From assembly GCF_000175255.2 (NCBI RefSeq), contig NC_017262.1:1020001-1052000 (forward strand): a DNA stretch of 32,000 bases. The letters are read 5' to 3'. The translations under genes and the position numbers were made by a program. This document shows, piece after piece, positions 1 through 8,064 of the stretch (positions are counted from its first letter, which is position 1; each line of letters starts with the position of its first letter). The notes below the pieces were generated by a model. That model was not told where the DNA came from. It made no database searches and saw nothing but the letters and a program-made list of their open reading frames with translations. This DNA comes from Zymomonas mobilis subsp. mobilis ATCC 10988 (lineage in GTDB: Bacteria > Pseudomonadota > Alphaproteobacteria > Sphingomonadales > Sphingomonadaceae).

Positions 1-624
1 GTAGCGGCTTCCTTGCCGAAGGATCGGGCATGGCCTTACAAGATTGATGTTTCAGATCCCGATGCCGTCAAAAAAATGATGGATGATATTGCGGCAAAAT
101 ACGGCAAGATTGATGTTTTGGTGAATAATGCCGGTATTTTAATCCCCGGTAAGATTATGGATGCTTCGGTCGAGGATTGGAAAAAGATTTCATCGGTCAA
201 TATTGATGGTGTTATCTACTGTGCCAAATTCGCGATGCCTTATCTCATAAAATCCAAGGGTTGTATTGTTAATACGGCCTCGGTTTCTGGTCTGGGTGGC
301 GATTGGGGTATGGTTTATTATTGCACCACCAAAGGTGCGGTTGTGAACTTTACCCGTGCTTTGGCCTTGGATTCAGGCGTGAATGGTGTTCGCGTCAATT
401 CGGTTTGCCCTTGCCTCGTTAAAACCAAAATGGCGGCTAATTGGCCGGAATCTGCCCAAGCCCAATTTAAAAATCGCGTTTCTTTGGGGCGTATTCCTGA
501 AGCTGAAGAAATTGCGTCGGTTATGGCTTTCCTTGCCAGCGATGATGCCCGCTTTATCACGGGTGTAAATTTGCCGGTTGATGGTGGAGCAACGGCTTCA
601 GATGGTCAGCCGCATTTGGGATGA
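1..624 (+). CDS. SDR family NAD(P)-dependent oxidoreductase, 5'-truncated by window start
   Basis: Frame is open from base 1. Contains VLVNNAG, a YxxxK motif (YCTTK) and C-terminal FITGVNLPVDGG. The N-terminal Rossmann glycine motif is missing, so the gene starts upstream; the TTG at 13 is not the true start. Confidence 0.93.
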   Translation, partial: VAASLPKDRAWPYKIDVSDPDAVKKMMDDIAAKYGKIDVLVNNAGILIPGKIMDASVEDWKKISSVNIDGVIYCAKFAMPYLIKSKGCIVNTASVSGLGGDWGMVYYCTTKGAVVNFTRALALDSGVNGVRVNSVCPCLVKTKMAANWPESAQAQFKNRVSLGRIPEAEEIASVMAFLASDDARFITGVNLPVDGGATASDGQPHLG

Positions 625-708
625 TAACCGCGCTCTCCCTATTTTCTTGGTAAGTCTGAAAATGGCGAGGCTTTGGGAACAAGGCTTCGCCATTTTTTAA
701 GCGATTGT

Positions 709-945
709 TTAGATTATTTTGTAGCCGTGCTGTGTTTTGGCTTGGATATATTTTTCTAGGGCGCTTTGGGCTTCGGAAAGAGAAGAAAAAGAGAGGGCCT
801 CTCGAAAATTATGGCGGCATTTTTGGCCGATGCGTCCCCAATCTTTCTTGATGATCCAGTCGTTGAACAAGCTAGGCGACAAGTAAAGCTGATAATAGCG
901 ATACATATTTTTAGCGGGATCAATATGCTCAAGATGAACGATCAT
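709..945 (-). CDS. Small WGR-domain protein (78 aa)
   Basis: LEHIDPAKNMYRYYQLYLSPSLFNDWIIKKDWGRIGQK... matches the WGR-domain pattern with a DWGRIG core; the domain fills the whole ORF. Confidence 0.85.
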   Translation of the reverse strand: MIVHLEHIDPAKNMYRYYQLYLSPSLFNDWIIKKDWGRIGQKCRHNFREALSFSSLSEAQSALEKYIQAKTQHGYKII

Positions 946-1139
946 CAGCCATAGCCTTTGATGTCTATTAGACGATCGTTTTAAAATAATAAAATAAAAG
1001 TAATTTTACAATTATAGGAAAAGAATAAAATTCTTTTTACGCAGAGAACGAGGCTTCAGATTTCTAGTCTCAAGACATAAATCTGTTTGTTTTTAAGGAT
1101 TTATATAAAGGATAAAGCGAAATTCGCGATAAGAAATAA

Positions 1140-1216
1140 TGGTCGGGGAAAGAGGATTCGAACCTCCGGCCCCTGCCTCCCGAAGGCAGTGCTCTACCAG
1201 GCTGAGCTATTCCCCG
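1140..1216 (-). tRNA. tRNA-Pro (anticodon CGG)
   Basis: Reverse complement CGGGGAATAGCTCAGCCTGGTAGAGCACTGCCTTCGGGAGGCAGGGGCCGGAGGTTCGAATCCTCTTTCCCCGACCA folds as a cloverleaf. C1-G72, A73, TTCGAAT T-loop, anticodon stem CTGCC/GGCAG with loop TTCGGGA, encoded CCA. Confidence 0.96.
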
Positions 1217-1559
1217 ACGATTTAAAGATAAGCTTGAAAAGCCTATCATTGCCTGATGACGGCTCTCATATAACTTGCATGATCGTCTGGCAAGCAGAAT
1301 TATACAAAAAACAGGAAAATTTTGATTTTTTAGGGTTGGAAATAGGCCAGAGCGCGTTTTTGTTAAAATTTCTATCTTTTAAAGACTGTGTTTTAAAAAT
1401 GGTGTTTTCTTAACAGCCTTTTGTAAATTTTTATGGATATGGCCAGACTGGGGCTGGCTGAGAAGTCGATATCGGCTATATCCTCGGCTTGATCGGCGGT
1501 TCCTCTTGGAATTTTTTCTGGTTGGTTTTTGTCTTTGCTGTTTGGATCTCTATCAATTT

Positions 1560-2057
1560 ATGCCTTCTTTATCTGAAATAATGCTTATTTTTGCCCGCGC
1601 TCAAAATGGCGTAATTGGCAAGGATAACACCATGCCTTGGCATATTTCTGCTGATTTGAAACATTTTAAGGCCTTAACGCTTGGTCATCCGATGATTATG
1701 GGGCGGCGGACTTTTGAGAGTTTGCCCGGCTTGCTGCCGAAAAGGCCACATATTGTTTTGACCCATAATCATCATTGGCAGGCGGAGGGTGCCGAAGCCG
1801 TTTGTGATTTGGAAGAGGCCATAAAAGCTGCTCGGAAATATAGTAGCCAGATCGCGGTGATTGGTGGAGCCAATATTTTTCAACAATTTTGGGATAAAGC
1901 GGATCGGATCGAACTGACCGAAATTTATCGCGATTATTCCGGTGATACCTTTGTCGATTTGCCGGATATGAATCATTTTTCTTTGGTAGGACAAGAGGAT
2001 TTTAAAGCAGAAGGTGAATGCCCTGCTTTTAGTTTCAAATCATTTCTAAGGAAATAA
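1560..2057 (+). CDS. folA: Dihydrofolate reductase
   Basis: MLIFARAQNGVIGKDNTMPWHISADLKHFKALTLGHPMIMGRRTFESLPG...VIGGANIF. The track ORF start (1506) is probably too far upstream; ATG at 1560 or 1581 is more likely. Confidence 0.95.
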   Translation: MPSLSEIMLIFARAQNGVIGKDNTMPWHISADLKHFKALTLGHPMIMGRRTFESLPGLLPKRPHIVLTHNHHWQAEGAEAVCDLEEAIKAARKYSSQIAVIGGANIFQQFWDKADRIELTEIYRDYSGDTFVDLPDMNHFSLVGQEDFKAEGECPAFSFKSFLRK

Positions 2058-2395
2058 GACTACAAAAGAAGAAGGTTGTTTTATTCTTTTAGTGAATCAT
2101 TGCCTTAATGTGATATAATTCTGATATATTCGAGAAATATACAGATAATTTTTTGTCATCATTAAAGGCTATCTGGGGAAAACACTGGTTATAGGTAATA
2201 TTGATCGGCCTATTCTTTTTTTGAAAATCGCTTGAATCGTTTTCTTATTGTGGAAATTTATACGCTATTTTAGAAAAAGGATATTTTCAGGGCTTTTCTT
2301 TTTTTGTCACTTTGCTTATGCCTTTTTCACCTAAAGATTGCCTTTTTTAGCAGTCTTTCATGGGTAGCGCCTGTGTTCTTATGTAAATCGAGACT

Positions 2396-3340
2396 ATGAC
2401 CTGTCTTTTTAGTGACGCCCCGATACCCGATCATTTATATGGCGCTATTGTTGCGCTTGGTAATTTTGACGGCTTCCATTTAGGCCATCAGGCTGTGGTA
2501 GCGGCAGCGGTAGCCCGTGCCCATGCCGAAGGTCGCCCCGTTATTGTCGCGACTTTTGATCCGCATCCTGTGCGTTTTTTCTGTCCCGATTTGCCGCCCT
2601 TTGCTTTGACGACTATCCCGCAACGCGCGCGTTTGTTTGAAAAAGCGGGCGCTGATGCGACTTTCGTCATTCGTTTTTCGGAGGCCATGGCGAATTTAAG
2701 CCCCGAAGAATTTATTCAACAGCAAATTATCGACCATTTGAAAGCGGCAGGCGTTGTCACCGGACGTGATTTTACCTTTGGTAAAGGGCGAAAAGGCGGC
2801 GTTGATTTGTTGCAGGCGATGGGACAGAGTTTAAATATTTCTGTCGATACTATTATGCCTGTTTGTGATCAGCAGGGCGCTATTTCCTCTACCCGTATTC
2901 GAGAGGCTTTGAAGCAGGGCGATCCCGAAACGGCAGCCCGTCTTCTTAGTCGGCCTTTTACGGTTGAAGGCGTTGTCCGTCATGGAAATCAGGTGGGTCG
3001 TCAACTGGGATTCCCAACGGCCAATCTATTGATGGGCGATTATGTTCGACCTGCTTATGGTATCTATGCGGTGAAGGGGCGGTTGCCCGATGGACGTTAT
3101 CTTGATGGCGCCGCTAATTTAGGGATACGTCCCAGTTTTTCTCCGCCAACAGAATGGCTGGAGCCTTGTTTTTTTGACTGGGAAGGCGATATCTACGATC
3201 AGACGATTGCCGTTTCCTTGATTGCTTTTTTACGGCCAGAGCAAAAATTTAAGGGTATGGATGCCTTGATTCAGCAAATAGGCGAGGATTGTAAGGTTGC
3301 CCGCGCCTGTTTAAGCGAATATGTCATTGATCCTATCTAA
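2396..3340 (+). CDS. ribF: Bifunctional riboflavin kinase / FAD synthetase
   Basis: ALGNFDGFHLGHQAVV nucleotidyltransferase motif; C-terminal riboflavin kinase signature RQLGFPTANL...YGIYAVKG...LGIRPSF. Confidence 0.96.
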   Translation: MTCLFSDAPIPDHLYGAIVALGNFDGFHLGHQAVVAAAVARAHAEGRPVIVATFDPHPVRFFCPDLPPFALTTIPQRARLFEKAGADATFVIRFSEAMANLSPEEFIQQQIIDHLKAAGVVTGRDFTFGKGRKGGVDLLQAMGQSLNISVDTIMPVCDQQGAISSTRIREALKQGDPETAARLLSRPFTVEGVVRHGNQVGRQLGFPTANLLMGDYVRPAYGIYAVKGRLPDGRYLDGAANLGIRPSFSPPTEWLEPCFFDWEGDIYDQTIAVSLIAFLRPEQKFKGMDALIQQIGEDCKVARACLSEYVIDPI

Positions 3341-3459
3341 AATAGACAACAATAATCGGATAGATATCGCTTTACTGTAAACAATCCTGTTTCTTCCAAG
3401 GAGGCTTTACATTAAAGGTATCTTTCCTTTCTTATCCCGTTTCGTATCAGAGCTTCATT

Positions 3460-6285
3460 ATGTCCGATCAAAAATCTGCCGATGCTACCCAGGCGCGCGA
3501 CTGGCGTCCGACTGTCTTTTTGCCAAAAACTTCCTTCCCAATGAAGGCTGGATTGGCAAAAAAAGAACCAGAAATTCTGGCGCGTTGGCAAAAAGAAGAC
3601 CTTTATCAGCAGTTGCGCGAACAGCGTAAAGGCGCGGAACGCTTTATCCTGCATGATGGCCCGCCTTATGCCAATGGCGACATTCATATCGGTCATGCTC
3701 TGAACAAGATTTTAAAAGACATTATTATGCGCAGCCAAACCCTGTTGGGGAAGGATGTGCCTTATATCCCCGGTTGGGATTGTCATGGTCTGCCTATCGA
3801 GTGGAAAGTCGAAGAGCAGTTTCGTAAAAAGAAACTGAATGTCGATAAAGACGTTAACGCGGTCGAATTCCGTCAGGAATGTCGGAAATATGCCGTTCAC
3901 TGGGTCGATACCCAGCGGCAGGAATTCAAAAGATTGGGTGTTTTAGGGGAATGGGATAACCCCTATCTGACCATGAATTTTGAAGCCGAGGCTATTATTG
4001 CCGGTGAGTTGATGCGCTTTTCTGAAACCGGTCAGATTTATCGTGGTGCCAAGCCGGTTCTGTGGTCAGTCGTTGAAAAGACCGCTTTGGCTGAAGCTGA
4101 AGTTGATTATGCCGATGTCGATTCTACCACGATTGATTTGGCCTTTAAAATCACGGACAGCAAAATCCCCGAATTAGTCGGTGGCTATGCCGTTATCTGG
4201 ACGACCACGCCTTGGACGATTCCAGCCAACCGTGCTTTGGCTTATGGCCCCGACATTGATTATGTTTTAGTCGATTTGAACGGCAAGCATTATCTTTTCG
4301 CAGAGGTCTTGCTCGAAGACAGTCTGAAACGGATTGGCCATGAAGGGGATGCGCCTGTTTTATGGCGGGGTAAGGGTGCCGAATTAGATGGCAGCATTGC
4401 TCAGCATCCGATGTTTGAAAAAGGCGGCTTTTTTGCAGAGCCTCGTCCGTTTTTGGGTGGCAGCCATGTTACGACCGAAGCCGGAACCGGTATCGTCCAT
4501 ATGGCACCTGATTATGGTGAAGACGATTTCCTTCTTTGTAAGGCGCATAACATTGATCCGGTTTTTGCGGTTGAAGATGATGGTCGTTACCGGAAAGATT
4601 GGCTGTGGATGGGCGGTGAAGGTCTGGTTATCTCGCCGAAAATCAATGCGGCTGATGGCCCGATCTGTTCTGATTTAAGAGAAGTCGGGGCATTATTGGC
4701 GACCTCGGTTCTGCACCATAGCTACCCCCATAGCTGGCGTTCAAAAGCCAAGCTGATTTATCGTTGCACCCCGCAATGGTTTATCGCTCTTGATCGTCCA
4801 GTAGAAAAGGGAGCGATCGCCGGAAAAACCCTGCGCGAAACCGCTTTGAAAGCCATTGATGAAGTGAGTTGGTTCCCTGCCAAAGGGAAGAACCGGATTC
4901 AGACCATGGTTGAAGGCCGGCCTGATTGGGTTATTTCCCGTCAGCGGGCATGGGGCGTTCCGATCACCCTTTATGTCAATCGCGAAAGCGGCGATTATTT
5001 GCGCGATCCAGAGGTCAATGCCCGTATTCTGGCGGCTTTCCGCAAAGAGGGTGCCGATGCTTGGTTTAAAGCCAATCATCAGCTTTTCCTTGGCGATAAA
5101 TATCGCCTTGAGGATTATGAACCCGTTAATGATATTTTGGATGTATGGTTCGATTCCGGTTCGACCCATGCTTTTGTCGTTGAAGCGCGTTATGGTGAGG
5201 GCACTCGCGCCCAGCTTTATTTAGAAGGATCGGATCAGCATCGCGGTTGGTTCCAGTCATCCTTGCTGGAAAGCTGTGGTTCGCGGGGACATGCTCCTTA
5301 TGAAGCGGTGTTGACCCACGGCTTTACCTTGGATGGCACTGGCCGGAAAATGTCGAAATCGGTCGGTAATGTCATTGATCCTTTGAAGGTTATCAATGAA
5401 AGCGGCGCCGATATTCTGCGTATGTGGGTGGCTTCGACAGATTATAATGAAGATGTCCGTATCAGTAAGGAAGTCTTGTCCGGCACATCGGATGGCTATC
5501 GCAAATTGCGGAATAGCTTCCGTTACTTGCTGGGGGCTTTGGAAGGCTTTTCAGAAGAAGAAAAAGTCGATTTAGCTGACTTGCCGGAATTGGAAAAATA
5601 CATCCTGCATCTTCTGGCCGAGCTGGATCAGGCATTGCATGAATCGGTCAATGGCTTTGCCTTTAACCGTTATCTCCGCTTGCTGTCTGATTTTGTGAAT
5701 AATGATCTTTCGGCTTTCTTCTTCGATATTAGAAAAGACCGCCTTTATTGCGATGTCGGTGAAGCTGCACCGCAAGGCACCGAAGAGCGGCGCGCTTATC
5801 GCACGGTTTTGGATATTCTGTTCCATGCTTTGGTACGCTATGCGGCGCCTATCTTATGCTTTACGGCAGAAGAAGTCTGGTTGCATCGCTTCCCTGACGC
5901 GGGATCAGTTCATCTTTCCGTCTGGCCAGAAGTTGATGGCCAGTGGAAAAATGCGGTTCTGGGTGAAAAATGGGCGGTTATCCGCGAACAACGCCAGATC
6001 GTAACGGAAAAAATCGAACCGTTACGGCGTGAAAAAATCGTGGGTTCCAGCCTTGAAGCTGAAGTCACCTTGCCAGTTGATGCGGCTACTGCGAAGATTC
6101 TCTCTTCAGTTGATTTTTCCGAAATCTGTATCACGGCTAAAATCAATCTGGTTGATGCCTCGGATGCTGCAATAACGGTTGATCGCACCCAAAATCATAA
6201 ATGTGGTCGTTGCTGGCAGCATCTTCCCGAAGTGGAAGAAGATGGCGCTTTATGTGATCGTTGTAAGTCGGTTGTTGGTGAATAA
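3460..6285 (+). CDS. ileS: Isoleucyl-tRNA synthetase
   Basis: 941 aa; PPYANGDIHIGHALNKILKD (HIGH), GRKMSKSVGNV (KMSKS), C-terminal zinc-binding CGRCWQHLPEV...CDRCKSVV. Confidence 0.98.
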   Translation: MSDQKSADATQARDWRPTVFLPKTSFPMKAGLAKKEPEILARWQKEDLYQQLREQRKGAERFILHDGPPYANGDIHIGHALNKILKDIIMRSQTLLGKDVPYIPGWDCHGLPIEWKVEEQFRKKKLNVDKDVNAVEFRQECRKYAVHWVDTQRQEFKRLGVLGEWDNPYLTMNFEAEAIIAGELMRFSETGQIYRGAKPVLWSVVEKTALAEAEVDYADVDSTTIDLAFKITDSKIPELVGGYAVIWTTTPWTIPANRALAYGPDIDYVLVDLNGKHYLFAEVLLEDSLKRIGHEGDAPVLWRGKGAELDGSIAQHPMFEKGGFFAEPRPFLGGSHVTTEAGTGIVHMAPDYGEDDFLLCKAHNIDPVFAVEDDGRYRKDWLWMGGEGLVISPKINAADGPICSDLREVGALLATSVLHHSYPHSWRSKAKLIYRCTPQWFIALDRPVEKGAIAGKTLRETALKAIDEVSWFPAKGKNRIQTMVEGRPDWVISRQRAWGVPITLYVNRESGDYLRDPEVNARILAAFRKEGADAWFKANHQLFLGDKYRLEDYEPVNDILDVWFDSGSTHAFVVEARYGEGTRAQLYLEGSDQHRGWFQSSLLESCGSRGHAPYEAVLTHGFTLDGTGRKMSKSVGNVIDPLKVINESGADILRMWVASTDYNEDVRISKEVLSGTSDGYRKLRNSFRYLLGALEGFSEEEKVDLADLPELEKYILHLLAELDQALHESVNGFAFNRYLRLLSDFVNNDLSAFFFDIRKDRLYCDVGEAAPQGTEERRAYRTVLDILFHALVRYAAPILCFTAEEVWLHRFPDAGSVHLSVWPEVDGQWKNAVLGEKWAVIREQRQIVTEKIEPLRREKIVGSSLEAEVTLPVDAATAKILSSVDFSEICITAKINLVDASDAAITVDRTQNHKCGRCWQHLPEVEEDGALCDRCKSVVGE

Positions 6286-6288
6286 GGC

Positions 6289-6813
6289 GTGACAGAAAAA
6301 GCGATAGCGTCTGATTCCAGAAATAAAATCAGGGTGGCCGGTTTTCTGGCTGCCCTTATCGCCTTATTTTGTGACCAGTTTAGTAAATACTATGTTGCTC
6401 ATCCGTTGCATCTGCCAGAACGGATAGAAATTCAGATATTGCCTATTTTCCAGTTAAAATGGGTTTTGAATTACGGTATTTCTATGGGCTTTCTGACCGC
6501 TGGAAGTGATGTAGGACGGTGGCTTTTGGTGGCCTTGACGGCGGCTATTGCTTTGGCTGTTGTTATTTTGATCCTACGGGAAAAGCATTTTTCTTCGGCT
6601 ATGGCGCTTGGGCTTGTATTAGGGGGCGCTATCGGTAATATCACTGATCGGATACGGTCAGGGGCTGTTGTCGATTTTCTCGATTTACATTTTGGTAACT
6701 GGCATCCTTTTTTGGTTTTTAATGTTGCAGATGCCGCCATAAGCTGTGGGGTTGTCTTTCTTATCCTGCGGTCATTATGGTCGAAAAACGAGGATGATAA
6801 CAAGGCTGCCTGA
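6289..6813 (+). CDS. lspA: Lipoprotein signal peptidase (signal peptidase II)
   Basis: GTG start 3 nt after ileS stop; FCDQFSKYYV, GGAIGNITDRIRSGAVVDFLDLHFGNWHPFLVFNVADAAIS with the two catalytic Asp regions. Confidence 0.96.
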   Translation: MTEKAIASDSRNKIRVAGFLAALIALFCDQFSKYYVAHPLHLPERIEIQILPIFQLKWVLNYGISMGFLTAGSDVGRWLLVALTAAIALAVVILILREKHFSSAMALGLVLGGAIGNITDRIRSGAVVDFLDLHFGNWHPFLVFNVADAAISCGVVFLILRSLWSKNEDDNKAA

Positions 6814-6897
6814 TTTTGAGGTGAGCTTCTTTCTATCTATGAAATTTCGGGATTGAGACATAGCCTTCTTTCCGAATCTGCTGGAGCTTTTAATGTG

Positions 6898-7410
6898 ATG
6901 ATAAAAACGACCAAGAATAATCCTGTTGCCCCCTTGTTGAAAAAATCAGCTATCATCATGATGGGATTGGCGGCAGCGATTACGGCTGGTTGCACCACAC
7001 ATAAATCCAAACCCGGGGTTTTCGCCAACCCGAATGCCAAAGAAATGGAAGCCACCCGCCAGCAGCCTTTGGTTATTCCGCCTGAATTTACTTTGGCTCC
7101 GCCGAAACCTGGTGCGCCACGTCCTCAAGATACCGACAGTTCAACGCAGGCTTTGGCCGCGATGTTTGGCCAGCCTGCGGTTAAAGCCGCGGCAGAAAGA
7201 GGATTATTGGAAAAAGCCTCGGCCAAGCGCGCCCAACCCGGTATTCGGAGTTCGGTAGGCGATCCTCAGACCGAGACGGTTAATAAAGGTGGTTTGACAA
7301 GTGATCTTGTTGCATCGCCCGCCAAGCAGGATGATTTGGCCGTGGTGAAGGCCGGAGGACAGGAAGCGCCTTCTGTCCCACCGGTAACCTATAAAAATAT
7401 GCCGCAATAA
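6898..7410 (+). CDS. DUF3035-like (BamF-type) lipoprotein
   Basis: MIKTTKNNPVAPLLKKSAIIMMGLAAAITAGCTTHK has a lipobox; followed by PLVIPPEFTLAPPKPGAPRP as in DUF3035 proteins. Start chosen at an internal ATG of the track ORF. Confidence 0.75.
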   Translation: MIKTTKNNPVAPLLKKSAIIMMGLAAAITAGCTTHKSKPGVFANPNAKEMEATRQQPLVIPPEFTLAPPKPGAPRPQDTDSSTQALAAMFGQPAVKAAAERGLLEKASAKRAQPGIRSSVGDPQTETVNKGGLTSDLVASPAKQDDLAVVKAGGQEAPSVPPVTYKNMPQ

Positions 7411-7426
7411 AATTCAGATCGGGGGA

Positions 7427-7870
7427 TTAACGCCCCCGATAAGGTGGCACGCCTTGTTCTGGCAACCAAACATCCTGCGGGGCGGCGCCACTTTGCCAGA
7501 AAACATCAATCGGGATGCCACCGCGAGGATACCAATATCCCCCAATACGCAGCCATTGTGCCTTCATTTCTGTAAATAGTTTTTCACCAATGCCGACGGT
7601 GCAATCTTCGTGAAAAGCTCGATGATTGCGGAAAGATCCCAAAAATAATTTAAGTGATTTGGATTCGACAATCAGTTTGTCCGGCACATAGTCGATAACC
7701 AGATGCGCGAAATCCGGCTGTCCCGTGACAGGGCAAAGCGAAGTAAATTCTGGAATCGCAAAGCGAATAAGATAGTTTTTACCTTGCCGAGGATTGGGCA
7801 CATAATCGAGGGAAGCCTCTTCCGGTGATTGGGGGATGGGGCTGTTTTTACCTAAATGAGTGGTTTGCAT
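7427..7870 (-). CDS. queF: NADPH-dependent 7-cyano-7-deazaguanine (preQ0) reductase
   Basis: [58 protein letters not shown]. Confidence 0.96.
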   Translation of the reverse strand: MQTTHLGKNSPIPQSPEEASLDYVPNPRQGKNYLIRFAIPEFTSLCPVTGQPDFAHLVIDYVPDKLIVESKSLKLFLGSFRNHRAFHEDCTVGIGEKLFTEMKAQWLRIGGYWYPRGGIPIDVFWQSGAAPQDVWLPEQGVPPYRGR

Positions 7871-8064
7871 CTATTTATATTACCCTGTTTTGTATGATAT
7901 AAAAACACCAGATTAAAATAGGATATCCAGTATTGCCGATAGTTTTTTAGAAAATTGTCGCTATTTTTTTCTTTCAAGGAGTGAAATTAAACATTGTTGA
8001 ATATGGTCAGGTATTTTTTAATGTTAAATTTCGCTTAAAGACTGCTGTCAGGATGAATTGCCTT

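Noticed and set aside
1087-1413. 108-aa plus-strand ORF
   Set aside because: Runs antisense through tRNA-Pro; the GRGKRIRTSG...CLPKAV peptide is a typical translation of an antisense tRNA.
4741-5169. 142-aa minus-strand ORF inside ileS
   Set aside because: ileS frame is unambiguous with HIGH and KMSKS motifs; the antisense ORF reflects codon bias.
7871-8000. Possible preQ1 riboswitch upstream of queF
   Set aside because: The leader is short and AT-rich; no preQ1-I/II-like stem and A-rich tail was visible.
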